DNA of 64,000 nucleotides from Lachnospiraceae bacterium. GTDB taxonomy: Bacteria > Bacillota > Clostridia > Lachnospirales > Lachnospiraceae. Below the pieces are notes generated by a model. That model searched no databases and was not told the DNA's origin. It worked only from the letters and a program-made list of their open reading frames with translations. A program made the position numbers and the translations under genes. Below, piece after piece: positions 25,249-34,510 of this stretch; position 1 is the first letter of the stretch, and each line of letters begins with the position of its first letter. The stretch covers positions 14,637 through 78,636 of the forward strand of contig JAZSPZ010000052.1 in assembly GCA_045537735.1 (NCBI GenBank), written 5' to 3'.

Positions 25249-25284
25249 AAAAAGAGGCTACTGCTTACGCAGTAGCCTCTTCTT
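25249..25284. terminator. Bidirectional terminator
   Basis: AGAGGCTACTGC-TTAC-GCAGTAGCCTCT perfect 12-bp stem with an A-run upstream and a T-rich tract downstream. Confidence 0.75.
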
Positions 25285-25447
25285 GTCTCTTTCGCATTTT
25301 CTTCCAGTTATAATATCCATAGATGTCATTGAAAAAGAACATCACAAAACAAATCACCATTGGCAGATAAGACAGCTCTTCCATCGTTGCCATTACCCAA
25401 AGAACAATCAATATATCTCCTCTATTTCTACTAGTATCTAATAACAT
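25265..25447 (-). pseudogene. pnuC: 3' remnant of a PnuC-family (nicotinamide riboside transporter) gene
   Basis: The 60-aa ORF ending ...FNDIYGYYNWKKMRKRQ resembles only the last TM helices and C-terminus of PnuC (~220 aa). No SD is present. Only ~165 bp, containing hairpins, separates it from the next gene. Confidence 0.45.
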
Positions 25448-25612
25448 ATTTTCTTACGCATTTCAACTTATCATTACACAGTTTCGAGAAATATGTAATA
25501 CACTTTTTATTGCATAAACAGCAAAAGAGCACTCGCTCTCACACATCTTCTAAGACCTAACGATGTGTAAACGAATGCTCCTTGCATCACACTACCCGGT
25601 GGCAGTTAACAT

Positions 25613-27307
25613 TTATACTGTTGTCATAACATTCTCTTCTGGTAAGTATTTTAGATACATGTCCTCTACTACAGACTCTGTAAGATTGCTACAGTTCTCA
25701 CCTATTCTCTCCATGCTGTGGAAGATGTTAGCGAAGATATTCGTAAACTCTGGCTTACATTTACCCTCTTTAATACGTTTCTTGTGGTTCTTACGAACAT
25801 GTTTCTCAAGCTTTGCAATACGCTGCATATACTGTTCTACATCAGGAACCACAGTCTTATCACCCTGCATAATTGCATTCACAGAGCCGCGATACATACT
25901 TGTAATCACTTCAAAACTCTCTGTAATCTCCTCCATAGCCTTCTTAGAAAAAACAAAATCCTTATCAGCCTTCTCCTTTGCACTAGCAAGCAATTCCTTC
26001 ATGCATTTGCTCATACGTTCCAAATCTTCTACGATATACATAAGCTCTGTTGTATGAGCGGATTGGTCTTCATTCATGTTACCAGATGAAAACATATTAA
26101 TCAAATAACTATAAATCTCACTATGCACCTGTGTAACATTCTGGGATGCCTTATCGGCTTTATCTATATTCTCCTTGCCACCTTCTAGCATAGCAGCCTT
26201 AATATCACTCAAGAACATTTCAATTAACTTCGTAAAGTTCATAATTTCTTTCGATACCAGATGAAGTGCAACAACCGGCTGGTTCATAACCTTAACATCC
26301 AAGAACTGTGAGCCAAACTCATCCTTTTTATCCTGTGCCTTATCTGGCAATATCCACATTACAATCTTAACCATGAACCAGATAAGAGGTACCCAAATAA
26401 CTGTATTCACTACGTTAAATGCTGTATGGGCATTTGCAATCTGTCTTGAAATCACATCCACCTCATTACCCATCGGTGATATCGCTGTAATTACTCTCGC
26501 AAACCACGGAATGAAGAACATAAATAATACAGAACCTGTAATATTAAATACACTATGTGCCACCGCTGTACGCTTCGCATCCTTTGTCTGTCCAATACAT
26601 GCGAGCAATGCTGTAATCGTTGTACCAATGTTACTACCAAACAGAATTGGAATCGCCCCCTGTAGTCCCAAAATAGAAGAAACTCCATCTGGTCCGGCCT
26701 GTGCCGCAAAATTCTGCAATACGGCAATGACTGCCGACGAACTTTGCACCACTACTGTCATAACGGTACCTAGTAACAAACCTAGAACAGGGATATCTGC
26801 AACCTTGCCAATCATATCAAGGAACACCGGACTGTTTGCCAATGGTTTCATGGTACTACCCATTGTCTCAATACCAACAAACAAAATACCAAATCCTAGA
26901 ATGGTATTACCTATGTTCATAGCAATCTCATTCTTATTCTTAGCAATAAATGCAACCAAAAATCCAATAAATATAATTGGATAAATATAATCACTAATTT
27001 TAAAAGCAATAATCTGAGCGGTAATGGTTGTACCAATATTCGCACCTAAAATGATAGAAATTGCCTGTGGTAATGTCATAAGTCCGGCACTTACAAAACC
27101 GATTACCATAACTGTTGTCGCACTACTACTTTGCAATACTGCTGTAACCAATGCACCCGCAACCACTCCCATTACCGGATTCTTTGTAAGCAATCCCAAA
27201 ATATAACGCATTCTCTCACCGGCAGCTTTCTGCAAACCATCACTCATCATCTCCATACCAAACAGGAATAATGCTAAGCCGCCAAATAAACCAAATAATG
27301 TCTCCAT
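25613..27307 (-). CDS. Na/Pi-cotransporter family protein with C-terminal PhoU-like domain
   Basis: 564 aa. Duplicated NptA-type membrane repeats (LQSSSATTVMVIGF..., VQSSSAVIAVLQNF...) plus a helical PhoU-like C-terminal region. Confidence 0.8.
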   Translation of the reverse strand: METLFGLFGGLALFLFGMEMMSDGLQKAAGERMRYILGLLTKNPVMGVVAGALVTAVLQSSSATTVMVIGFVSAGLMTLPQAISIILGANIGTTITAQIIAFKISDYIYPIIFIGFLVAFIAKNKNEIAMNIGNTILGFGILFVGIETMGSTMKPLANSPVFLDMIGKVADIPVLGLLLGTVMTVVVQSSSAVIAVLQNFAAQAGPDGVSSILGLQGAIPILFGSNIGTTITALLACIGQTKDAKRTAVAHSVFNITGSVLFMFFIPWFARVITAISPMGNEVDVISRQIANAHTAFNVVNTVIWVPLIWFMVKIVMWILPDKAQDKKDEFGSQFLDVKVMNQPVVALHLVSKEIMNFTKLIEMFLSDIKAAMLEGGKENIDKADKASQNVTQVHSEIYSYLINMFSSGNMNEDQSAHTTELMYIVEDLERMSKCMKELLASAKEKADKDFVFSKKAMEEITESFEVITSMYRGSVNAIMQGDKTVVPDVEQYMQRIAKLEKHVRKNHKKRIKEGKCKPEFTNIFANIFHSMERIGENCSNLTESVVEDMYLKYLPEENVMTTV

Positions 27308-27426
27308 CTTTTACACCTCGTACGTCTTTCTTTGTGTGCTTATTCACACACTCTCAATACTATTATCATTCGCTTTTTCACTCATATAATGTATATGAAA
27401 ATCACATCTTCAAACTATCATCGGTC

Positions 27427-27454
27427 AGTAAAATATATGTTAAATCCATGTTAA
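27427..27454 (-). promoter_or_regulatory. PhoP-type Pho box (phased TTAACA direct repeats) upstream of the Na/Pi cotransporter gene
   Basis: The minus strand reads TTAACA-tggat-TTAACA-tatat-TTTACT. That is two perfect hexamers and one 5/6 hexamer with 5-nt spacers, 120-150 nt upstream of ATG 27307. Confidence 0.5.
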
Positions 27455-27514
27455 ATCACCAACCACTTATTCTGTCAGCAACTATATTTCAATAATAGCG
27501 CCAAAAATGGTCAA

Positions 27515-27555
27515 TAAAATAAACAGACAAAATTCCTAAAGAATTCCGTCTGTTT
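27515..27555 (-). terminator. Rho-independent terminator downstream of the FliB-like gene
   Basis: AAACAGAC..AATTC / GAATT..GTCTGTTT hairpin, followed on the minus strand by ATTTTATT. Confidence 0.6.
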
Positions 27556-27585
27556 ATCCATTTCCTTTATATAAGCTCTAAATCC

Positions 27586-28878
27586 TCACGACAATAATCC
27601 TATCAATATATGCTCCACATCCAAAATCGGATGAGCTGATAACACAAGTTGCAAGGATTCAAAATTATTATAGGAATGTTCCACTTCCTTAGAATATGCA
27701 TGTGCTACTAACACCTGATCTTCATACAAAAATTCTTTCTGCTGTTTCAACCAAAGTGCAATATCCAACTCCAAAATCACAAGATAAGAAATCACTGCAA
27801 ATTTCACCTTGGTAAATGCATCATAATCATAAGCCGCACCTAGAAAATAATTGAAAATATAATACACTAATATATGTTCAAATTCATATTCCCTCTCTTG
27901 ATAGTAATGCATAAATTCCCTATACGAAACTGCATAGTTACGAAGAAAACTATCGGTTTCCTCACCAGGTTCTTCCTCTTCTACCATTCCCGCTGCCACT
28001 AACATACTCTTCAAATGATCTCTGCCATGCATTACATCCATCCCCATGGATAAAAGGTCTGTCCACTCTTCCTTAATGGTTTCCAAACCTTCATACATAT
28101 TAAGAATTTGCTTGAGCCACACTTCTTTTTCCGTGACACGTTTATTATACATAGAAGAAAATTTCATCCATTCCTTCTTTAACTTCTCTGTATCAGAAGA
28201 CTCTATTTTATTCCGATATTTCTCTACTGTCTTGTGAATCCCCGCATAATCTTTACTGTCAATCAGCTCCTGAATTCTCTTTCCTAACACCAAGACAAGT
28301 GCCGCGCGTTTTGCAACGGGCTCCTGACGATTTTGTAACACATCAAACATCAACTGCCTTGCTTCAAACAGTACCTCAAACAATGGTTGATCTAGCTTGT
28401 TAGCATGGGATTTCTTCCAAAATGCCAAAGTCTTCACCGGTTCAATATGCTTGAGACCATATTCCGCATCCGTACCTTCTTCGCATACAAAGGTCATTTT
28501 CTCCTTCTTAGCAAGCATAATGCGACTTGCTTCCGGACAAGACATGGTAAGGCTTACTTCCTTCAAATCCTCAAATTCCTCAATATGTCTTGGAAAGTTG
28601 GTACAGGTTTCACATAGACTCTCCTCACCCATTTCAATAAAAATGTCGCATAGATTCTCATCATTCAGGAACGGACATCGGGTACCATTTAAGATAAATT
28701 GCTTATCTTTCACTCTGGTGCAATCTTTCAGGCGTTTACCAAATTCCCCACCTTGCTTCATATACTTCTTTAAGGAAACATCATCCAGGTCAATCTCCCA
28801 ATTCTCACAGCAGGAATCCTCACAGATTCCCCCAATGCACTTAAATTCTTTGTAAAACTGTGCTGTTCTATATCTCAT
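27586..28878 (-). CDS. Cys-cluster protein, flagellin lysine-N-methylase (FliB)-like
   Basis: The N-terminal FKCIGGICEDSCCENWEIDLD...RCPFLNDENLCDI Cys cluster matches my recollection of the FliB/YkgJ-type family. 430 aa. Confidence 0.5.
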   Translation of the reverse strand: MRYRTAQFYKEFKCIGGICEDSCCENWEIDLDDVSLKKYMKQGGEFGKRLKDCTRVKDKQFILNGTRCPFLNDENLCDIFIEMGEESLCETCTNFPRHIEEFEDLKEVSLTMSCPEASRIMLAKKEKMTFVCEEGTDAEYGLKHIEPVKTLAFWKKSHANKLDQPLFEVLFEARQLMFDVLQNRQEPVAKRAALVLVLGKRIQELIDSKDYAGIHKTVEKYRNKIESSDTEKLKKEWMKFSSMYNKRVTEKEVWLKQILNMYEGLETIKEEWTDLLSMGMDVMHGRDHLKSMLVAAGMVEEEEPGEETDSFLRNYAVSYREFMHYYQEREYEFEHILVYYIFNYFLGAAYDYDAFTKVKFAVISYLVILELDIALWLKQQKEFLYEDQVLVAHAYSKEVEHSYNNFESLQLVLSAHPILDVEHILIGLLS

Positions 28879-28889
28879 AGATGACTCCT

Positions 28890-29684
28890 CTATTTCTCTT
28901 TACGCACAAAATGCGTTCCCACATCTACACCTTCCAGAATACGATAAATATTCTCTGGATCGTTACCCTGTGCTATGTACATATCAATTCCATGAGATGT
29001 GGCATACTCCGCCGCCTCCAGTTTGGTAACCATTCCACCCGTTCCGCGATTAGAACCGGAACCAGAACCTAAAGATTTTATATCGTCTGTAATTTCTTCC
29101 ACTTCATGAATCAATCTGGCATCCGGATTTGTATGCGGATTATCATTATACAATCCCTCAATATCAGATAAAATGATAAGCTTATCCGCCTTACACAATC
29201 TCGCTACAATGGCAGATAACATATCATTATCACCAAATACCTTTTTCTCAGATTCAATCTCCGCATGACTCACGGAGTCATTCTCATTTACTACTGGTAT
29301 CATTCCACTCTGCAATAAAGCAGCAAATGTATTTCTTACATTCTTCCGTTGTTCATGAACAGCCAAACCATCTGCAGTCAAGAGGATTTGTCCAACGATA
29401 TTACCATACTCACCGAAGCATTTGTCATATATGTGCATCAATTCGCACTGCCCTACTGCAGCTGCCGCTTGCTTCATACAAATATCCTTTGGTTTCATTG
29501 GCAAGCGCATTTTATTCACGCCTACTGCGATAGCACCAGAAGACACTAGTACCACCTGATTGCCCTCATTATGTAATGCTGACAACACCTGTGCCAATTT
29601 GTCAATGGTGCGAAAATCTAAGGCACCATTTTCCCTTGTTAATGTAGAGGTTCCTACCTTTACAACAATTCGTTCTTTTTCCAT
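28890..29684 (-). CDS. proB: Glutamate 5-kinase (short form, no PUA domain)
   Basis: IVVKVGTSTLT, VLVSSGAIAVG, GDNDMLSA and GTGGMVTKLEAA motifs. Confidence 0.9.
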   Translation of the reverse strand: MEKERIVVKVGTSTLTRENGALDFRTIDKLAQVLSALHNEGNQVVLVSSGAIAVGVNKMRLPMKPKDICMKQAAAAVGQCELMHIYDKCFGEYGNIVGQILLTADGLAVHEQRKNVRNTFAALLQSGMIPVVNENDSVSHAEIESEKKVFGDNDMLSAIVARLCKADKLIILSDIEGLYNDNPHTNPDARLIHEVEEITDDIKSLGSGSGSNRGTGGMVTKLEAAEYATSHGIDMYIAQGNDPENIYRILEGVDVGTHFVRKEK

Positions 29685-29754
29685 TGTTAATATTACATGA
29701 TGCGTTTTTCAAAACACATCATATCTCCTTTCCTAAAATGCATCATTTGCTGCA

Positions 29755-30753
29755 TTACATTTTTCCATGTTTTTGATTATACTCTTGCAATTCCTCCGCA
29801 AGTACATCCATAAAACGTTGACGAATCATAAAGTTTGGATTCTGTCCTAAGCTCTCCAACCCTTCTTTCGTCATAAAGCCACCAGCCATAGAAAAATGGC
29901 CACCGCCACCGCCAAGACCTTGCAAAGCCTTCTGCGTTACCATTCCTGCATGATACACATCTGTTTCATTACGAACCGAGAACTTGTATCCACCACTTCT
30001 TGCCGCATATACCACGGAAAGCTCTACCACATCAAGACCTAATATAAAATCCGAAATCATAGCAATCAAACCATCCGGACAATCAAAGGAAATGCTGGCA
30101 AATCCTACATTGTCATATATCTTGATATTGCGAATCGCCTCACCATATGCATACAAGTCTTCAATTTCCATATTACTATTATATAAAGAGGTAATTTTGT
30201 GGTTATTTGCTATTGAATGAAGATAAGCAAACATCTCAATATCAAAATCTGTCACGCCACGATTAAAGGAATCCGTATCCATCTTAATACCATAAAGCAA
30301 TGCTGTGGCTGTATTCGAATCCAGGCTTACGTCACTAGACTTGAAATAACTTGCTACAATGGACGAACAAGCACCACAAAGGCGAATATCACTATACTGA
30401 TAATAATACGGGACGATTGTCGGATGATGATCGACACATGCAACTTCGTCTCCCGGAAAATCCGTAATATTGGTATTATATTTTTGAGCATCTATGGTTA
30501 CGATATAATCACTCGCTGCCATTTCTTGCAAATCATCTATATGCACAGCATCAATTCCAAACTCCTCAATCATACGCTTGGTACTATTCTTTTCAATATT
30601 ACCAGCGTAACAAATGGTGGAATCCACACCATGAGCTCTCAAAAAAACTTGCATACCATAAGCAGAAGCCAATGCATCCGGATCCGGATAGTTATGTGTC
30701 TGCAAGTACACCATATGATCTTTTAATAATTCAACCAAACGCATCCAATTCAT
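29755..30753 (-). CDS. DHH/DHHA1-family phosphoesterase (NrnA-like)
   Basis: HNYPDPDALAS, DHHP and GGGGGHFSMAGG (DHHA1 GGGH) motifs. Confidence 0.8.
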   Translation of the reverse strand: MNWMRLVELLKDHMVYLQTHNYPDPDALASAYGMQVFLRAHGVDSTICYAGNIEKNSTKRMIEEFGIDAVHIDDLQEMAASDYIVTIDAQKYNTNITDFPGDEVACVDHHPTIVPYYYQYSDIRLCGACSSIVASYFKSSDVSLDSNTATALLYGIKMDTDSFNRGVTDFDIEMFAYLHSIANNHKITSLYNSNMEIEDLYAYGEAIRNIKIYDNVGFASISFDCPDGLIAMISDFILGLDVVELSVVYAARSGGYKFSVRNETDVYHAGMVTQKALQGLGGGGGHFSMAGGFMTKEGLESLGQNPNFMIRQRFMDVLAEELQEYNQKHGKM

Positions 30754-30871
30754 CTCACATCCCCCTTGTTAATCATTTCTCTATCTTTTTGTACTATACA
30801 AGCATATATTTGTTCTCACTTTTACAACTACTTATCATAGCATAGGAACTCATAATTCACAATGTTTTCTA

Positions 30872-30901
30872 TGAATAATTGTCCTGTTATTTCACATAAT
30901 A
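30872..30901 (+). promoter_or_regulatory. Forespore sigma-F/G-type promoter upstream of spoVAA
   Basis: TGAATA (30872-30877), 17 nt, CATAATA (30895-30901), ~60 nt before ATG 30961. This fits the GHATR-N17/18-CATnnTA pattern. Confidence 0.5.
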
Positions 30902-30960
30902 ACAGCATCTTTTTAGTACAGAACACAGTAAATGACATTGTCAAAGCAAAAGGAGTCAAT

Positions 30961-31611
30961 ATGGAACAAATTGTATATATCAAAGCGCCACAATGCGTAG
31001 AATTACAGCATACAAACATCGTACTGGGAGATTTCCTTACCGTCTATTCTCCTAATCAACAGTTACAGCAACAAATAGTATCCATACCGTTTCACAACTT
31101 CCATACCAACCAAAAAGAACAGTTAATTGTATCTATATTAAAAATAATTGAGCTGATCATCGTAGAATTTCCCAATGCAGAATTACAGAACCTTGGTGAA
31201 GAGGACGTAATTATCAATTATACTCCGATATCCCGAAGTGCCAAGCTCAAAGAATTCGCCTTCACCGCTTTCATATGTTTTGTCGCCTTTTTCGGCGGTG
31301 GTTACGCCATTATGGCATATAATACAGATGCTGGTGCAAAAGAATTATTTACGTTTTTATCCATGCTATTCCTTGGAAACGCCACCTCTGGCGTATCATA
31401 TCTAATCGTCACTTACTCCATCGGTCTTACGCTAGGTATGATTCTATTTTTTAATCATATCGGTCACAAGAAATTGACTTCCGATCCTACACCATTGGAA
31501 GTACAAATGCGTCTATATGAAAATGATTTGAGCACTACCATCATCCAAAATGCAGACCGCCTAGGGGAGCACATGGAAATACATCATTACGAAAGGACCT
31601 CTCGCTCATGA
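30961..31611 (+). CDS. spoVAA: Stage V sporulation protein AA
   Basis: YSIGLTLGMILFFNH and PTPLEVQM closely parallel B. subtilis SpoVAA (YSIGLGLGMIVFFNH, PSPLEVEM, from memory). The start is placed at ATG 30961 (AAAGGAG SD) rather than the track's 30862. Confidence 0.8.
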   Translation: MEQIVYIKAPQCVELQHTNIVLGDFLTVYSPNQQLQQQIVSIPFHNFHTNQKEQLIVSILKIIELIIVEFPNAELQNLGEEDVIINYTPISRSAKLKEFAFTAFICFVAFFGGGYAIMAYNTDAGAKELFTFLSMLFLGNATSGVSYLIVTYSIGLTLGMILFFNHIGHKKLTSDPTPLEVQMRLYENDLSTTIIQNADRLGEHMEIHHYERTSRS

Positions 31612-32057
31612 TATCTTATCTCTTATTGATAATAAGCGGTTTATCTGCAGGTTTTCTCACTGCTGCAGCGTACGTTGCATTTATTGCAATGTTAGGTGTA
31701 TTTCCCAAGATTGCCGCAAAAACAAAAACAGCCAAACAATGTATCCTGTATGAAAACTGTTTAATGATTGGCATTCTCATGGCAACACTACTTCAGTTTT
31801 GTGTCAGTTTTTATTCCTCGAGCTTTCCACAAAGTGCTATACTCCCCACCATGTTGGGAAAACTCTTACTTATAGCAGTGGGACTGTTTGGTGGTATTTA
31901 CATCGGTTTTTTAATAGGTGGACTTTCCGAAGTACTAAATGTTATACCTACTTACGCACGAAAAGCACACATTCAAAAAAGGGTTGGACTCCTAATTATC
32001 TTTCTTGCCCTGGGAAAAGGTGTGTTTTCTATCATTTACTTGTTTCTATCATCTTAA
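31608..32057 (+). CDS. spoVAB: Stage V sporulation protein AB
   Basis: LSEVLNVIPTYARK parallels B. subtilis SpoVAB LTEVLNVLPILAKR (from memory). ATGA overlap with spoVAA. Confidence 0.8.
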   Translation: MISYLLLIISGLSAGFLTAAAYVAFIAMLGVFPKIAAKTKTAKQCILYENCLMIGILMATLLQFCVSFYSSSFPQSAILPTMLGKLLLIAVGLFGGIYIGFLIGGLSEVLNVIPTYARKAHIQKRVGLLIIFLALGKGVFSIIYLFLSS

Positions 32058-32088
32058 CACTTCTTTACATGATAGTTGCGCGAATATT

Positions 32089-32118
32089 TGCATAAAGAAT
32101 TTTGATTCAGCCATACTA
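32089..32118 (+). promoter_or_regulatory. Second forespore sigma-F/G-type promoter, immediately upstream of spoVAC
   Basis: TGCATA (32089-32094), 17 nt, CATACTA (32112-32118), 40 nt before ATG 32158. Confidence 0.5.
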
Positions 32119-32157
32119 CTATTAGCAAAATGAAAGACGTTTAGAAAGGAGCTTTTC

Positions 32158-32616
32158 ATGGAACAGAAAATTAGTAACCAGGAATATAACCAATATGTAG
32201 AACAGATTACACCAACCTATAGCACCTGGAAAAATTGCCTGAATGCATTTTGGGTTGGTGGATTGCTTTGTGTCATTGGAGAGTGCTTTTTTTTCATCTT
32301 CAAACACTACCTGGGAATGCCAGAAGAAGATGCTGCAAGCTATGAATCTATTCTTTTAATTCTTCTCAGTGTACTTTTAACAGGATGTAATGCTTATGGG
32401 CACATCGCACGTCTTGGTGGTGCCGGTGCGCTAGTGCCTATCACCGGATTTGCCAACTCCGTTGCTGCCCCCGCCATTGAGTTTCAGAAAGAAGGACAGG
32501 TATTCGGTATAGGTGTGAAAATCTTTACTATTGCGGGACCTGTAATCCTCTATGGCATTCTAACTAGCTGGCTTCTTGGTTTCATTTATTTTCTTTTCGG
32601 ACAATTCGGACTTTGA
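32158..32616 (+). CDS. spoVAC: Stage V sporulation protein AC
   Basis: 152 aa. WKNCLNAFWVGGLLCVIGE...GAGALVPITGFANSV...IAGPVILYG is typical of SpoVAC. Confidence 0.9.
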   Translation: MEQKISNQEYNQYVEQITPTYSTWKNCLNAFWVGGLLCVIGECFFFIFKHYLGMPEEDAASYESILLILLSVLLTGCNAYGHIARLGGAGALVPITGFANSVAAPAIEFQKEGQVFGIGVKIFTIAGPVILYGILTSWLLGFIYFLFGQFGL

Positions 32617-32660
32617 ACATTCCATTTTTGTATGATTCTACTATGCAAAATTAATTTAAC

Positions 32661-32707
32661 ATTGGGATATTTATACAAGAAATCTTGTAAAAATATCCCA
32701 ATTTTTC
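32661..32707 (+). terminator. Rho-independent terminator after spoVAC
   Basis: ATTGGGATATTT..TACAAG-AAAT-CTTGTA..AAATATCCCAAT long hairpin followed by TTTTT. Confidence 0.85.
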
Positions 32708-32708
32708 A

Positions 32709-32737
32709 TTGCCAAATTCTCAATTATCCAATATAAT
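32709..32737 (+). promoter_or_regulatory. Sigma-A-type promoter for the PAS-GGDEF-EAL gene
   Basis: TTGCCA (32709-32714), 17 nt, TATAAT (32732-32737). Confidence 0.55.
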
Positions 32738-32784
32738 TTTAAGTAGTGGTTTAATAAGCTTTAGTTATTGAGAGGGTATATTGC

Positions 32785-34452
32785 ATGGAACAGACGCCTA
32801 TTACAGTGCAGCAGCTCTGCCAGACAATCGATTTGATACATACTTGCTTCGATGATTATCCATATGTATATGATTTCAACAATGATTTCTATTACATATC
32901 GCCTAATGCAACGAAGCGTTTTGCTATGTCAGAACATTGTTTCAGAAATGTTGTGGACAATCTGCGCGCATTTGTATATCCTCCAGATTTTGAACCACTG
33001 CAAAAAGATTTGGACGAAGTTTTATCTGGCGCCAAGGATACACACAACATGCAATACCGAATGTTAAACAAAGAGGGAGAACCAATATGGATCAACTGTA
33101 GAGGTCATGTTGTAAAGACAAATGGCAAACCAGATTATATGGTTGGATGTATTAATGAAATCGGTACCAGACAGAAAGCAGATAATATTAGCGGTTTACT
33201 AGGAGAATCCAGCTTACAAAATTATCTAGAAGAATTCTCACCATTTTTCCCAAGTGGTTATCTGTTACGTCTTGGAATTGATGATTTCAAAGGAATTAAC
33301 GAAAAACTCGGCGTAGAATATGGCGACCACATTTTAAAGAAAACTGCCGAATGCATTTCCAACTGCCTACAGCCCGGTCAACAGTTATATCGTCTGGCGG
33401 GAGATGAATTTATGGTTTTGGATTTCCTAGGTGATGGTTTAGAACATGCCATTAACCTGTACAAGGAAGTAAGAGCTACCATTGATCGTTTTGTAGAGGA
33501 TAACCAATACGAAGCTATCTTTACCATTTCCGGCGGAATACTAGATAGTAACAGCATAGAAGATTTTTCATTCTCCGATATTATGAAACTATCAGAATAT
33601 TCCTTGAACGAAGCGAAGCGACGAGGTAAAAATCAGTGCTATTCTTTCGTGATAGAAGACTATGAAACGCATCTAAAACGCAGACATTTGCGACAACTGC
33701 TCCGACAAGCTGTTCGCAATAATTTTGAAGGATTTGAGGCTTATTTCCAACCAGTTTTTCTAGCGGATAGCCACACTTTATACGGCGCTGAAACCTTAAT
33801 GCGTTTTTATACAAAAGAATATGGCATGATTCCACCAAGCGAGTTCATACCATTATTGGAAGAAACGGGATTAATTATACCATTAGGACGATGGATTCTA
33901 CATCAGGCACTGTTTGCTTGTAACCACATACAACAATGGATCCCTGGATTTCAGATTACTGTCAATGTGTCCCATATCCAGATTGTAAAAAGTAACATTA
34001 TCAATGAAATTGTTTCTGCTGCAGAACAATATAATATCCCACCTTGTCAAGTGGTCATTGAATTGACAGAGAGCGGCGCATTGGAAAAAAATGTACATTT
34101 TTCTAAAATCTGGGAAAAGTTAAAAGCAAACGGCGTTCGCCTCGCATTGGATGATTTTGGTACAGGATACTCCAACTTCCATTATCTGAACGATTTACAA
34201 CCGGATATCATCAAAATCGATCGTTCCTTCACTGCAAAGGCAATGGAAAATGATTATGAATATAACTTATTACAACTGATGAGTGGATTGGTGCATAACC
34301 TGAATTTAAAAATATGCATAGAAGGCATTGAAACAGAAGAAGAACGCGACAGAATGCTTACGATCAACCCTGACTACAGCCAAGGTTTTTACTTTGGAAA
34401 GCCTTGTCCGTTATTGGATTTCATTGAACAATTCGTGAAGCTTTCCTCATAA
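32785..34452 (+). CDS. PAS - GGDEF(AGDEF variant) - EAL(ETL variant) c-di-GMP turnover protein
   Basis: PAS-like N-terminus. GGDEF domain with YRLAGDEFMVL and no RxxD. EAL domain with YGAETLMRF, ELTES, DDFGTGYS, IKIDRS and EGIETEE. Confidence 0.85.
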   Translation: MEQTPITVQQLCQTIDLIHTCFDDYPYVYDFNNDFYYISPNATKRFAMSEHCFRNVVDNLRAFVYPPDFEPLQKDLDEVLSGAKDTHNMQYRMLNKEGEPIWINCRGHVVKTNGKPDYMVGCINEIGTRQKADNISGLLGESSLQNYLEEFSPFFPSGYLLRLGIDDFKGINEKLGVEYGDHILKKTAECISNCLQPGQQLYRLAGDEFMVLDFLGDGLEHAINLYKEVRATIDRFVEDNQYEAIFTISGGILDSNSIEDFSFSDIMKLSEYSLNEAKRRGKNQCYSFVIEDYETHLKRRHLRQLLRQAVRNNFEGFEAYFQPVFLADSHTLYGAETLMRFYTKEYGMIPPSEFIPLLEETGLIIPLGRWILHQALFACNHIQQWIPGFQITVNVSHIQIVKSNIINEIVSAAEQYNIPPCQVVIELTESGALEKNVHFSKIWEKLKANGVRLALDDFGTGYSNFHYLNDLQPDIIKIDRSFTAKAMENDYEYNLLQLMSGLVHNLNLKICIEGIETEEERDRMLTINPDYSQGFYFGKPCPLLDFIEQFVKLSS

Positions 34453-34477
34453 ATTTGATGATTCGTTAGACATGAAT

Positions 34478-34506
34478 AAAGCCTGTGATTTAACATCACA
34501 GGCTTT
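34478..34506. terminator. Bidirectional terminator between convergent genes
   Basis: AAAGCCTGTGAT-TTAAC-ATCACAGGCTTT perfect 12-bp stem. Confidence 0.8.
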
Positions 34507-34510
34507 CACT

